Source: Malacoraja senta (Eukaryota). Taken from it: DNA of 64,000 bases. The stretch lies in contig JAXLNO010000511.1 of the NCBI GenBank assembly GCA_038087875.1, positions 186,001 through 250,000 on the forward strand. The letters run 5' to 3'. Numbering within the stretch: the first letter of the stretch is position 1; each line of letters begins with the position of its first letter. A model generated the notes under the pieces. That model saw nothing but the letters and a program-made list of their open reading frames with translations, ran no database searches and was not told the origin of the DNA. The translations under genes and the position numbers were made by a program. Shown piece after piece: positions 51,401-64,000 of the stretch.

Positions 51401-54400
51401 AGTGCAGTGCACCTATTTTCTATGTATCTATGTATCTGTTTTGTGTGCTGAAATTTCGGCACTTTTCGTGTCTTGAAATTTCATCACTTTTCATGTTCTG
51501 AAATTTCGTCGCTTTATGCGTCCTGTAATTTTGTCGCGTTTCGCATGCTGTATTTTAGTCGCTTTTTGTGTGCTGAAATTTCGTCACTTTTTGTGTGCTG
51601 AATTTTTGTCGCTTTTCGTGTGCTGATATTTCGTCGCTTTTCATGTCCTGAAGGATCGTCACTTTTCGCGTGCTGAATTTTCGTCGCTTTTCACATGGTG
51701 AATTTTTGTCGCTTTTGTTATGCTGAAATTTCGTCGCTTTTCACGTCCTGAAATTTCGCCACTTTTCTCGTGCTGACTTTTTGTCGCTTTTCGCATGGTG
51801 AATTTTCGTCACTTTTAGTATGCTGAAATTTCGTTGCTTTTCACGTCTTGAAATTTCGTCACTTTTCGCGTGCAGAATTTTCGTCGCTTTTCGCGTGATG
51901 AACTTTCGTCGTCTTTCATGTCCTGAAATTTCGTCGCCTTTCTCATCCTGAAATTTCGTCGCTTTATTCGTCCTGATATTACGTCGATTTTCGCGTGCTG
52001 AATTTTTAATGCTTTTTGCATGCTGAATTTTCATCGCTTTTTGCGTGCTAAATTTTCGTCAATTTTCACGTTCTGAACTTTAGTCACTTTTTTGCGTGCG
52101 GAATTTCTGTCGCTTTTCGCCTCCTGAAGGTTTGTCGCTTTACGCGTGCTGAATTTTTGTCACTTTACGCGTGCTGAATTTTCGTTGGTTTTAACGTCCT
52201 TTAGGTTCCTCTCTTTTCGCGTGCTGAATTTTCGTCGCTTTCCGCATGCTGAATTTTCGTCGCTTTTCGCATGATGACATTTCGTCGGCTTTCATGTCCT
52301 GAAATTTCGTCGCCTTTCTCATCCTGAAATTTCGTCGCTTTATTTGTCCTGATATTACGTCGCTTTTCGCGTGCTGAATTTTTAATGCTTTTTGCATGCT
52401 GAATTTTCATCGCTTTTTGCGTGCTAAATTTTCGTCAATTTTCACGTTCTGAACTTTAGTCACTTTTCGCTTGCGGAATTTCCGTCGCTTTTCGCGTCCT
52501 GAAGGTTTGTCGCTTTTCGCGTGCTGTATTTTCGTCACCTTACGTGTGCAGAATTTTAGTTGGTTTTAATGTCCTGAAGGTTCCTCTCTTTTCACGTGCT
52601 GAATTTTCGTCACTTTTCGTATGCTGAATTTTCGTCGCTTTTCGCGTGTTGATATTTCGCCACTTTTCACGTTCTGAAATTTCGCCGTTTTTCACGTTCT
52701 GAAATTACGTCGCTTTATGCGTCCTGATGTTTCGTCGCTTTCCGCATGCTGAATTTCTGTCGCTTTTCATGTGCTGAAATTTTGCCGCTTTTCACGTTCT
52801 GAAATTTCGTCGCATTATGCATCACTTTATTAGTCCTGATGTTTCGTCGCTTTTCGCATGCTGAATTTTCGTCGCTTGTCGTCTGCTGAAATTTCGTCGC
52901 TTTTACACGTGCTGAATTTTTGTCACTTTATGCAAGCCGAAATTTCGTTGGTTTTAATATCCTGAAGGGTCCTCTCTTTGCCTGCTGAATTTTCGTCGCT
53001 TTTCTTGTCCTGAAGGATCATTTTTCGCGTGCTGAATTTTCGTCGCTTTTCACATGGTAAATTTTCGTCGCTTATATTATGCTGAAATGTCATCGCTTTT
53101 CACTTCCTGAAATTTCGTCGCTTTTAGCGTGCAGAATTATTGTCGTTTTCGTGTGCAGAATTTTCGTCGCTTTTCACGTCGTGCTGGTTCATCAATTTTC
53201 GTGTGCCGAAATTTTGTCGCATTTCGTCTCCTGAAATATTGTCGCTTCATGCATCCTGAACTTTTGTCACATTTCGCATCTTGAATTTACGTCACTTTTG
53301 ACATTTTAAATTTTCGTCGCCTTTCGCGTCCTGAAGGTTCATCACTTTTCGCTTGCTGAATTTTCGTCGCTTTTCACATGTTGAAATTTCGTCGCTTTTC
53401 ATGTTCTGAAATTTCGTCGCTTTATGCGTCCCGTAATTTCGTTGCTTTTCGCATGCTCAATTTTCATCGCTTTTCACAGGCTGAATTTTCGTCGCTTCTC
53501 ACAGGCTGAATTTGTGTCGCTTTTCGGGGGCTGAAATTTCGTCGCCTTTCATGTCCTGAAATTTCGTCGCCTTTCACATCCTGAAATTTCGTCGGTTTAT
53601 TCGTCCTGCTATTACGTCGCTTTTCACTTGCTGAATTTTGGTCGCTTTTTGAATGCTGAATTTCCGTCACTTTTCGCGTGTTGAAATTCCGTCGCCTTAT
53701 TCGTCCTGATATTACGTTGCTTTTCGCGTGCTGAATTTTCGTTGCTGTTTGTGTGCTTCATTTTAATCGCTTTTCGTGTCTTGAAGGTTCGTCGCTTTTC
53801 GCATGCTGAATTTTCATCCCTTTTCGCATGCTGAAATTTCGTTGCCTTATTCATCCTGATATTACGTCTTATTCGTCCTGAATTTTTGTCGCATTTCGCG
53901 TGCTGAAATTTCGTCGTCTTTCATGTCCTAAAATTTCGTCGCCTTTCACGTCCTGAAATGTCGTCACTTTATTCGTCCTGATATTACGTCGTTTTTGCAT
54001 GCTGAATTTTTTTTTGCCATTTGTATGCTGAATTTTCATCGCTTTAGCATGCTAAATTTTCGTCACCTTTCACCTGCTGAATTTTTGTCGCTTTTCGCCT
54101 GCTAAATTTTCGTCGCTTTTCACGTTCTGAAATGTAGTCACTTTTCGCGTGAGGAATTTCCATCGCCTTTCGCATCCTGAAGGTTTGTCGCTTTACCTGT
54201 GCTGAATTTTTGTTTGTCGCTTTACCCGTGCTGAATTTTTTTGCCTTTTGCATGCTGAATTTTCATCGCTTTTCACATGCTAAATTTTCGTCACCTTTCA
54301 CGTTCTGAAATGTAGTCACTTTTCACGTGCTGAATTTTCGTCACTTTACGCATGCAGAATTTTCGTTGGTTTGAATGTCCTGAAGGTACCTCCTTTTTCG

Positions 54401-57400
54401 CGTGCTGAATTTTAGTTGCTTTTCGCATGCTGAATTTCCATCGCTTTTCGTGTGCTGAAATTCCGTCGCTTTTCACGTTCTGAAATTTCGTCGCTTTATA
54501 TGTCCTGAAGTTTCATTGCTTTATTCGTCCTGATGTTTCGTCGCTTTTTGTGTTGCGTAAATTTCGTCGGTTTTTGTCTGCTGAAAATTCGTCGCTTTTC
54601 ATGTTCTAAAAATGTCGTCGCTTTATGCGTCCTGCAATTTCGTCACTTTTCGTATGCTTAATTTTCGTCGCTTTTTTTGTGCTGAAATTTCGGCGCTTTT
54701 CATGTGCTGATAATTTGTCGCTTTTCACGACCTGAAATTCGTTGCTTTATTCGTCCTGATATTACATCACTTTTCGCGAGCTGAATTTTTGTCTCTTTTT
54801 GAATGCTGAATTTTCGTCGCTTTTTGCGTGCTTCATTTTCATCGCTTTTCACGTGATGTTTCTTAGCTTTTCGCATACTAAATTTTCGTTGCTTTTCATT
54901 GACGTTTCTTAGCTTTTCGCATACTAAATTTTCGTCACTTTTCGCATGCTGAATTTTTGTCGCTTTTCGCGTGCTAAATTTTCGTCGCTTTTCACGTTCT
55001 GAAATGTAGTCACTTTTCGCGTGAGGAATTTCCATCGCCTTTCGCATCCTGAAGGTTTGTCGCTTTACCCATGCTGAATTTTTGTCACTACGCCTGCTGA
55101 ATTTTCGTTGGTTTTAACGACCTGGTCCCTCCCTTTTCGCGTGCTGAATTTTCATAGCTTTTCGCATGCTGAATTTTCATCGCTTTTCGCATGCTGAATT
55201 TTCGTCACTTTTCATGTGTTGAAATTTCGCCGCTTTTCATGTTTAGTAATGTCGTCGCTTTATGAGTCCTGATGTTTCATCGCTTTATGCGTCCAGATGT
55301 TTCGTCGATTTTGGCATGCTGAATTTTCGTCACTTTTTGTTTGCTGAAATTTCGTCTCTTTTCGTCTGCTGAAATTTCGTCGCTTTACACGTCCTGAAAT
55401 TGCGTCACTTTTGGCATGCTGAATTTTCATCGCTTTTCACGTCCTGAAGGATCGTCGCTTTTCGCGTGCTGAAATTTCGTCGTTTTTCGCATGGTGAATT
55501 TTCCTTACTTTTAGTATGCTGAAATTTCGTCACTTTTCCCGTCCTGAAATGTAGTCACGTTTCGCGTGCTGAATTTTCGTCGCGTGCTGATATTTCATCG
55601 CTTTTCACGTCCTGAAATGTCGTCACTTTTGGTGTGCTGAATTTTTGTCGCTTTTCACATGCTGAATTTTCGTCACTTTTGGCGTGCTGAAGTTTAGTCG
55701 CTTTTCGCGTGCTGAATTTTCGTCACTTTTCACGTGCTGAATTATCATCGCTATTTGTGTCCTGAAGGTTCGTCACTTTTAACGTGCTGAAATTTAATCG
55801 CTTTTCACAGGCTGAATTTTCGTCGTTTTTTGCGTGCTGAAATTCCGTCACCTTTCATGTCCTGAAATTTTGTCGCCTTTCACGTCCTGAAATTTCGTCG
55901 CTTTATTCATTTTGCGTGCATCACTTTCATCGCTTTCGAGGCTTCAAGGTTCGTCGCTTTTCGCATGCTGAATTTTCGTCGCTCTTCGCGTGCTAAATTT
56001 TCGTCGCTTTTTGCTTGCAAAATTTTCGTCGCTTTTCACGTTCTGAAATTTAGTCACTTTTCGCGTCCTGATGTTTCAGCGCTTTATTCGTCCTGATGTT
56101 TCGTTGCTTTTCACATGCTGAGTTTTCGTTGCTTTTTGTGTGCTGAAATTTCGGCGCTTTTCATCTGCTGAAAATTCGTCGCTTTTCATGTTCTGAAATT
56201 TTGTCGCTTTATGCGTCCTGATGTTTCATCGCTTTATACGTCCTGATGTTTCATCGCTTTTCGCATGCTGAATTTTCTTTGCTTTTTGTGTGCTGAAATT
56301 TCGTCGCTTTTCGTGTGCTGACATTTCGTCGCATTTCACGTCCTGAAATTTCGTCACATTTGGCGTGCAGAATTTTCGTCATATTTCACGTTTTGAAGGA
56401 TTGTCGCTTTTCACATCCTGAAGGATCATCGCTTTTATCGTGCTGAATCTTCATTGCTTTTCGCATGCTATATTTTTGTCGCCTTTGACGTCCTGAAATG
56501 TCGTCACTTTTGGCGTGCTGAATTTTTGTCGCTTTTCGCGTGCTGAATTTTCATCACTTTTCACGTGCTGAATTATCGTCACTTTTCGCGTCCTGAAGGT
56601 TCGTCACTTTTCTTGTGCTGAATTTACATCGCTTTTTGCAGGCTGAATTTTCGTCGCTTTTCGCGTGCTGAAATTTCGTCACTTTTCACGGTCTGAAATG
56701 TTGTCGCTTTATGCGACCTGAGGTTTTGTCGCTTTACACGTCCTGAATTTACGTTGCTTTTCGTCACTTTTCACCTGCTGAATTATCATCGCTTTTCGTG
56801 TACTGAAGGTTCGTCACTTTTGACGTGCTGAAATTTCATCGCTTTTCACAGGCTGAATTTTCGTCGCTTTTTGCGTGCTGAAATTTCGTCACCTTTCATG
56901 TCCTGAAATTTCGTCGTCTTTCACGTCCTGAAATTTCGTCGCTTTATTCATCCTGATATTACGTCGCTTTTCGCGTGCTGAATTTTTTTCACTTTTTGCA
57001 CGATGAATTTTCGTCGCTGTTTGCGTGCTTCACTTTCATCGCTTTTCGCGTCTTCAAGGTTCATCGCTTTTCGCATGCTGAATTTTCGTCGCTTTTCGCA
57101 TGCTAAATCTTCGTCGCTTTTTGCTTGCAAAATTTTCGTCGCTTTTCACGTTCTGAAATTTAGTCACTTTTCGCGTGCGGAATTTCCATCGCTTTTCCCC
57201 TCCTGAAGGTTTGTGGCTTTACGCTTGCTGAATTTTTGTCACTTTACGCGTGCTGAATTTTTGTTGGTTTTCGCATGCTGACATTTCACAGCTTTTCACG
57301 TTCTGAAATTTCGTCGCTTTATGCATCCTGATGTTTCGTTGCTTTCCGCGTGCTGATTTTTGTCGCTTTTCGTGTGCTGAAATTTCGGCGCTTTTCGTGT

Positions 57401-60400
57401 GCTGAAAATTTCGTCGCGTTTCACGTCCTGAAATGTCGTCACTTTTGGCGTGCTGAATTATCGTCGCTTTTCGCGTGCTTAATTTTCGTCCCTTTTCACG
57501 TTCTGAAATTTTGGCACTTTTTGCGTGCTGAATTTTTGTCTCTTTTCGTGTGCAGATATTTCATCGTTTTCACATCCTGAAGGATCGTCACTTTTCTCGT
57601 GCTGAATTTTCAGCGCTTTTCACATGGTGAATTTTCGTTGCTTTTAGTATGCAGAAATTTCGTCGCTTTTCATGTTCTGAAATTTCGCCACTTTTTGTGT
57701 GCTGAATTTTCGTAGCTTTTCGTGTGCTGATGATGTTTCATCACTTTTCGCTTGCTGAATTTTCATTGCTTTTTGTGTGCTGAAATTTCGGGGCTTTTCA
57801 TGTGCTGATATTTCGTCGCTTTTCACTTCCTGAAATTTCGTCACTTTTGCCGTGCTGAATTTTCGTCGCTTTTCTCGTACTGATGGATCGTCGCTTTTCG
57901 CATGCTGAAATTTTGTCGCTTTTCGCATGGTGTATTTTCGTCGCTTTTAGTATGCTGAAATTTCGTCGCATTTCACGTCCTGAAATTTCGTCACTTTTCG
58001 CGTGCTGAATTTTCGTCGCCTCTTGCGTGCTTAATTTTCGTCGCTTTTCATGGTCTGAAGGATCGTCACTTTTGACTGGCTGAATATTTGTCTCTTTTCG
58101 CGTGCTGAAATTCCGTCGCCTTTCATGTCCAGAAATTTCGTCACCTTTCACATCCTGAAATTTCGTCGCTTTATGCGTCCTGATGTTTTGTCGCTTGGTT
58201 TTAACGTCCTTAAAGTTCCTCTCTTTGCGCATGCTGAATTTTCGTCGCTTTTCACATCCTTAATTTTCGTCGATTTTTGCGTACTAAATTTCCGTGGCTT
58301 TTAGCGTTATGAAATTTAGTCACTTTTCGCGTGCGGAATTTCCGTTGCTTTTTGGCTCCTGAAGATTTGTCGCTTTACGCATGCTAAATTGTTGTCACTT
58401 TAACCGTGCTGAATTTTCGTTGGTTTTAACGTCCTGAAGGTTCCTCTCTTTTTTCACGTGCTGAATTTTTGTCACTTTTCGCATGCTGAATTTCCGTCGC
58501 TTTTCGTGTGCTGAAATTTCGCCGCTTTACACGTTCTGAAATTTTGTCGCTTTATGCGTCCTGTAATTTCGTCAATTTTCACATGCTGAATTTTCGTCGC
58601 TTTTTGTGTACTGAAATTTCGGCGCTTTTCGTGTGCTGATATTTCATCGCTTTTCACATCTTGAAATTTCGTCGCTTTATTCGTCCTCATATTACGTCGC
58701 TTTACGCGTGCTGAATTTTTGTCACTTTACGCGTGCTGAATTTTCGTTGGTTTTAATGTCCTGAAGGATGGTCGCTTTTCACATGCTGAAAGTTCCTCGC
58801 TTTTCGCATGGTGAGTTTTCGTCGCTTTTAGTATGCTGAATTTTCGTCGCTTTTCAAGTCCTGACATTTCGTCACTTTAGGCGTGCTGAATTTTTGTCGC
58901 TTTTCGCGCGCTGAATTTTCGTTCATTTTCACGTGCTGAATTATCGTCACTTTTCGTGTCCTGAGGGTTCGTCACTTTTAACGTGGTGAATTTTCGTCGC
59001 TTTTTGCATGCTGAATTTTCGTCGTTTTTCGCGTGCTGAATTTTCGTTGGTTTTATCGTCCTGAAGGTTCCTCTCTTTTCGTGTGCTGAATTGTCATCGC
59101 TTTTCGTATGCTGAATTTTCGTCGCTTTTCGTGTGTTGAAATTTCGCAGCTTTTCACATTCTGAAATTGCGCCGCTTTTCACGTTCTGAAATTTCGTCGC
59201 TTGATGCGTCCTGATGTTTCGTCATTTTATGCGTCCTGATGTTTCGATGCCTTCCGCATGCTGAATTTTTGGCGCTTTTCGTGTGCTGAAATGTCATCGC
59301 TTTTCATGTTCTGAAAAATCCGTCGCTTTATGCGTCCTGTAATTTCGTCGCGTTTCGCATGCTGAATTTTAGTCGCTTTTCGCATGCTGAAATTTTGTCG
59401 CTTTTCATGTTCTGAAATTCCGTCACTTTATGCGTCCAGGAATTTCGTCGCGTTTCGCGTGCTGAATTTGAGTCGCTTTTTGCGTCCTGAAATTTCATCG
59501 CTTATCGCATGGTGAATTTTAGTCGCTTTTCGCGTCCTGAAATTTCATCGCTTATCGCTTGGTGAATTTTTGTCACTTTTATTATGCTGAAATTTCGTCG
59601 CTTTTCACGTCCTGAAATTTAGTCACTTTTCGCGTGCTGAATTTTCCTCACTTTTCGCGTGCTTAATTTTCGTCGTTTTTCATTTTCTGAAATTTCGCCT
59701 CTTTTTGTGTGCTGAATTTTCGGCGCTTTTTGTGTGCTGATATTTCATCGCTTTTCACGTCCTGAAATTTCATCACTTTTGGCGTGCTGAATTTTTGTCG
59801 CTTTTCGCGTGCTGAATTTTCGTCACCTTTCACGTGCTGAATTATCGTCGCATTTTGTGTCCTGAAGGTTCGTCACCTTTTATGTCCTGAAATTTCGTCG
59901 CCTTTCACGTCCTGAAATTTCGTTGCTTTATTCGTCCAGATATTACTTTGCTTTTTGTGTGCTGAAATTTGGTTGCTTTTTGCATGCTTCCTTTTCATCG
60001 CTTTTCACGTCCTGAAGGTTCCTCTTTTTTCACGTGCTGAATTTTCGTCGCTTTTCACATGCTGAATTTTCGTCGCTTTTCGCATGCTGAATTTTCGTCG
60101 CTTTATGCGTCCTAATGTTTCAGCGCTTTATACGTCCTGATGTTTCGTCGCTTTTCGCATGCTGAATTTTCTTTGCTTTTTGTGTGCTGAAATTTCGGCG
60201 CTTTTCGTGTGCTAACATTTCGTCGCTTTTCACGACCTGAAATTTCGTCACATTTGGCGTGCTGAATTTTCGTCATATTTCACGTTTTGAAGGATTGTCG
60301 CTTTTCACATCCTGAAGGATCATTGCATTTATCGTGCTGAATTTTCATTGCTTTTCGCATGCTATATTTTTGTCGCATTTGACGTCCTGAAATGTCGTCA

Positions 60401-63400
60401 CTTTTGGCGTGCTACATTTTTGTCGCTTTTCGCGTGCTGAATTTTCATCACTTTTCACGTGCTGAATTATCGTCGCTTTTCGCATCCTGATGGTTCGTCA
60501 CTTTTTGTATGCTGAAATTTCGACGCTTTTCATGCCCTGAAATTTCATCACTTTTAGCGCGTTGAATTTTCGTCGGTTTTTGTGTGCTAATAGTTCGTCG
60601 CTTTTCACGTCCTGAAATTTCGTCACTTTTGGCATGCTGAATTTTTGTTGCTTTTCAAGTCCTGAAGGATCGTTGCTTTTCGCGTGCTGAAATTTCTTCG
60701 CTTTTCGCATGGTGAATTTTCGTCGCTTTTAGTATGCTGAAATTTCGTCGCTTTTCACGTCCTGAAATGTCATCACTTTTCGCGTGCTGAATTTTCGTCG
60801 CTTTCCGCGTGCTTAATTTTCGTTGCTTTTCATGTTCTGAAATGTCGTCACTTTTTGCGTGCTGAATATTCGTCGCTTTTCGTGTGCTAATATTTCGTTG
60901 CTTTTCACGTCCTGAAATGTCGTCACTTTTGGCGTGCTGAATTTTTTTCGCTTTTCGTGTGCTGCATTTTCGTCTCTTTCCACGTGCTGAATTCACGTCC
61001 TGAAATTTCGTCGCCTTTCACGTCCTGAAATTTCGTCGGTTTATTCGACCTGATATTACGTTGCTTTTCATGTGCTGAATTTTTGTCGCTTTCTGCATGC
61101 TGAATTTTCATTGCTTTACGCGTGCAAAATTTTCGTCACTTTTCACGTTCTGAAATGTTGTCACTTTTCGCGTGCGGAATTTCCGTCGCCTTGCGCGTCC
61201 TGAAGGTTTGTCATGTGCTGAATTTTCGGCACTTTACGCGTGCTGAAATTTCGCCACTTTTTGTGCTGAAATTTCATCGCATTATGCGTCCTGATGTTTC
61301 ATCGCTTTCCGCATGCTGAATTTTCGTTCATTTTCACGTGCTGAATTATCGTCACTTTTCGTGTCCTGAGGGTTCGTCACTTTTAACGTGGTGAATTTTC
61401 GTCGCTTTATGCATGCTGAATTTTCGTCGTTTTTCGCGTGCTGAATTTTCGTTGGTTTTAACGTCCTGAAGGTTCCTCTCTTTTCGTGTGCTGAATTGTC
61501 ATCGCTTTTCGTATGCTGAATTTTCGTCGCTTTTCGTGTGTTGAAATTTCGCAGCTTTTCACATTCTGAAATTGCGCCGCTTTTCACGTTCTGAAATTTC
61601 GTCGCTTGATGCGTCCTGATGTTTCGTCATTTTATGCATCCTGATGTTTCGATGCCTTCCGCATGCTGAATTTTTGGCGCTTTTCGTGTGCTGAAATGTC
61701 ATCGCTTTTCATGTTCTGAAATTCCGTCGCTTTATGCGTCCTGTAATTTCGTCGCGTTTCGCATGCTGAATTTTAGTCGCTTTTCGCATGCTGAAATTTT
61801 GTCGCTTTTCATGTTCTGAAATTCCGTCACTTTATGCGTCCAGGAATTTCGTCGCGTTTCGCGTGCTGAATTTGAGTCGCTTTTTGCGTCCTGAAATTTC
61901 ATCGCTTATCGCATGGTGAATTTTAGTCGCTTTTCGCGTCCTGAAATTTCATCGCTTATCGCATGGTGAATTTTCGTCACTTTTATTATGCTGAAATTTC
62001 GTCGCTTTTCACATCCTGAAATGTAGTCACTTTTCGCGTGCTGAATTTTCCTCACTTTTCGCGTGCTTAATTTTCGTCGTTTTTCATTTTCTGAAATTTC
62101 GCCTCTTTTTGTGTGCTGAATTTTCGGCGCTTTTTGTGTGCTGATATTTCATCGCTTTTCACGTCCTGAAATTTCATCACTTTTGGCGTGCTGAATTTTT
62201 GTCGCTTTTCGCGTGCTGAATTTTCGTCACCTTTCACGTGCTGAATTATCGTCGCTTTTTGTGTCCTGAAGGTTCGTCACCTTTCATGTCCTGAAATTTC
62301 GTCGCCTTTCACGTCCTGAAATTTCGTTGCTTTATTCGTCCAGATATTACTTTGCTTTTTGTGTGCTGAAATTTGGTTGCTTTTTGCATGCTTCCTTTTC
62401 ATCGCTTTTCACGTCCTGAAGGTTCCTCTTTTTTCACGTGCTGAATTTTCGTCGCTTTTCACATGCTGAATTTTCGTCGCTTTTCGCATGCTGAATTTTC
62501 GTCGCTTTATGCGTCCTGATGTTTCAGCGCTTTATATGTCCTGATGTTTCGTCGCTTTTCGCATGCTGAATTTTCTTTGCTTTTTGTGTGCTGAAATTTC
62601 GGCGCTTTTTGTGTGCTAACATTTCGTCGCTTTTCACGACCTGAAATTTCGTCACATTTGGCGTGCTGAATTTTCGTCATATTTCACGTTTTGAAGGATT
62701 GTCGCTTTTCACATCCTGAAGGATCATTGCATTTATCGTGCTGAATTTTCATTGCTTTTCGCATGCTATATTTTTGTCGCATTTGACGTCCTGAAATGTC
62801 GTCACTTTTGGCGTGCTACATTTTTGTCGCTTTTCGCGTGCTGAATTTTCATCACTTTTCACGTGCTGAATTATCGTCGCTTTTCGCATCCTGATGGTTT
62901 GTCACTTTTTGTATGCTGAAATTTCGACGCTTTTCATGCCCTGAAATTTCATCACTTTTAGCGCGTTGAATTTTCGTCGGTTTTTGTGTGCTAATAGTTC
63001 GTCGCTTTTCACGTCCTGAAATTTCGTCACTTTTGGCGTGCTGAATTTTTGTTGCTTTTCAAGTCCTGAAGGATCGTTGCTTTTCGCGTGCTGAAATTTC
63101 TTCGCTTTTCGCATGGTGAATTTTCATCGCTTTTAGTATGCTGAAATTTCGTCGCTTTTCACGTCCTGAAATGTCATCACTTTTCGCGTGCTGAATTTTC
63201 GTCGCTTTCCGCATGCTTAATTTTCGTTGCTTTTCATGTTCTGAAATGTCGTCACTTTTTGCGTGCTGAATATTCGTCGCTTTTCGTGTGCTAATATTTC
63301 GTCGCTTTTCACGTCCTGAAATGTCGTCACTTTTGGCGTGCTGAATTTTTGTCGCTTCTCGTGTGCTGCATTTTCGTCACTTTCCACGCGCTGAATTCAC

Positions 63401-64000
63401 GTCCTGAAATTTCGTCGCCTTTCACGTCCTGAAATTTCGTCGGTTTATTCGACCTGATATTACGTTGCTTTTCATGTGCTGAATTTTTGTCGCTTTCTGC
63501 ATGCTGAATTTTCATTGCTTTACGCGTGCAAAATTTTCGTCACTTTTCACGTTCTGAAATGTTGTCACTTTTCGCGTGCGGAATTTCCGTCGCCTTGCGC
63601 GTCCTGAAGGTTTGTCATGTGCTGAATTTTCGGCACTTTACGCGTGCTGAAATTTCGCCACTTTTTGTGCTGAAATTTCGTCGCTTTATGCGTCCTGATG
63701 TTTCATCACTTTCCGCATGCTGAATTTTCGTCGTTTTATGTGTGCTGAAATTTCTGCGATTTTCATGTGCTGATATTTCGTCGCTTTTCACGTCTTGAAA
63801 TTTCGTCACTTTTGGCGTGCTGTAGTTTCATCACTTTTCATGTCCTGAAGGATCGTCGCTTTTCGCGTGCTGAAATTTCGTTGCTTTTCACATGATGAAT
63901 TTTCGTCGCTTTTAGTATGCTGAATTTTTGTCGCTTTTCGCGTGCTTAATTTTCGTCACTTTTCACGTGCTGAATTATCGTTGCTTTTCGTGTCCTGAAG

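Larger units (their letters stand above)
14753..64000. repeat. 25-bp CpG-rich tandem satellite (~GTGCTGAATTTTCGTCGCTTTTCGC), ~49 kb, running to the window end, with local higher-order repeats
   Basis: Continuous head-to-tail monomers in a single orientation. Recurring ORF-track peptides give periods of 1918, 3536/3569, 675, 2109, 2074, 2325, 1777, 1789 and 2404 bp. Confidence 0.98.

Noticed and set aside
14865..63809. Dozens of K/R-rich (minus) and F-rich (plus) ORFs
   Set aside because: They are translations of the 25-bp monomer (75-nt pseudo-period) with frequent stops and no splice or domain evidence.
14753..64000. CRISPR-like array
   Set aside because: Monomers are contiguous with no unique spacers, there are no cas genes, and the context is vertebrate.
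14753..64000. CENP-B box (TTCG present in each monomer)
   Set aside because: The required A and CGGG positions of nTTCGnnnnAnnCGGGn are not matched by the consensus.

Overview
Repeat-dominated vertebrate DNA, most likely from a cartilaginous fish (skate/ray), judging by V-SINE/HE1-type SINEs, elasmobranch-type CR1 tails and Penelope relics; the organism is inferred. 1-2.7 kb: a minus-strand 124-bp exon encoding a PRDM9/SSX-type KRAB-related domain, a GC/CpG-rich divergent promoter (~1.45-1.83 kb), and an inverted head-to-head partial duplicate of the same gene start on the plus strand. 2.8-9.1 kb: TE debris (V-SINE, Penelope GIY-YIG fragments with degenerate hammerhead motifs, CR1, RTE LINE), a small outlying array of a 25-bp repeat and a nearly intact DD34E Tc1 transposon (6737-8351). 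9.12-14.75 kb: a decayed DIRS1-type tyrosine-recombinase retrotransposon (gag, RT/RNase H, methyltransferase-like, YR, ICR), carrying a nested Gypsy 3' fragment and integrated in the first monomer of a satellite. 14.75-64 kb: a CpG-rich 25-bp satellite (consensus ~GTGCTGAATTTTCGTCGCTTTTCGC). It is a mosaic of local higher-order repeats (~0.45-3.6 kb) and carries ten amplified copies of one CR1 3' tail plus a 394-bp copy of the neighbouring Gypsy fragment. The many K/R-rich ORFs in the satellite are treated as spurious.
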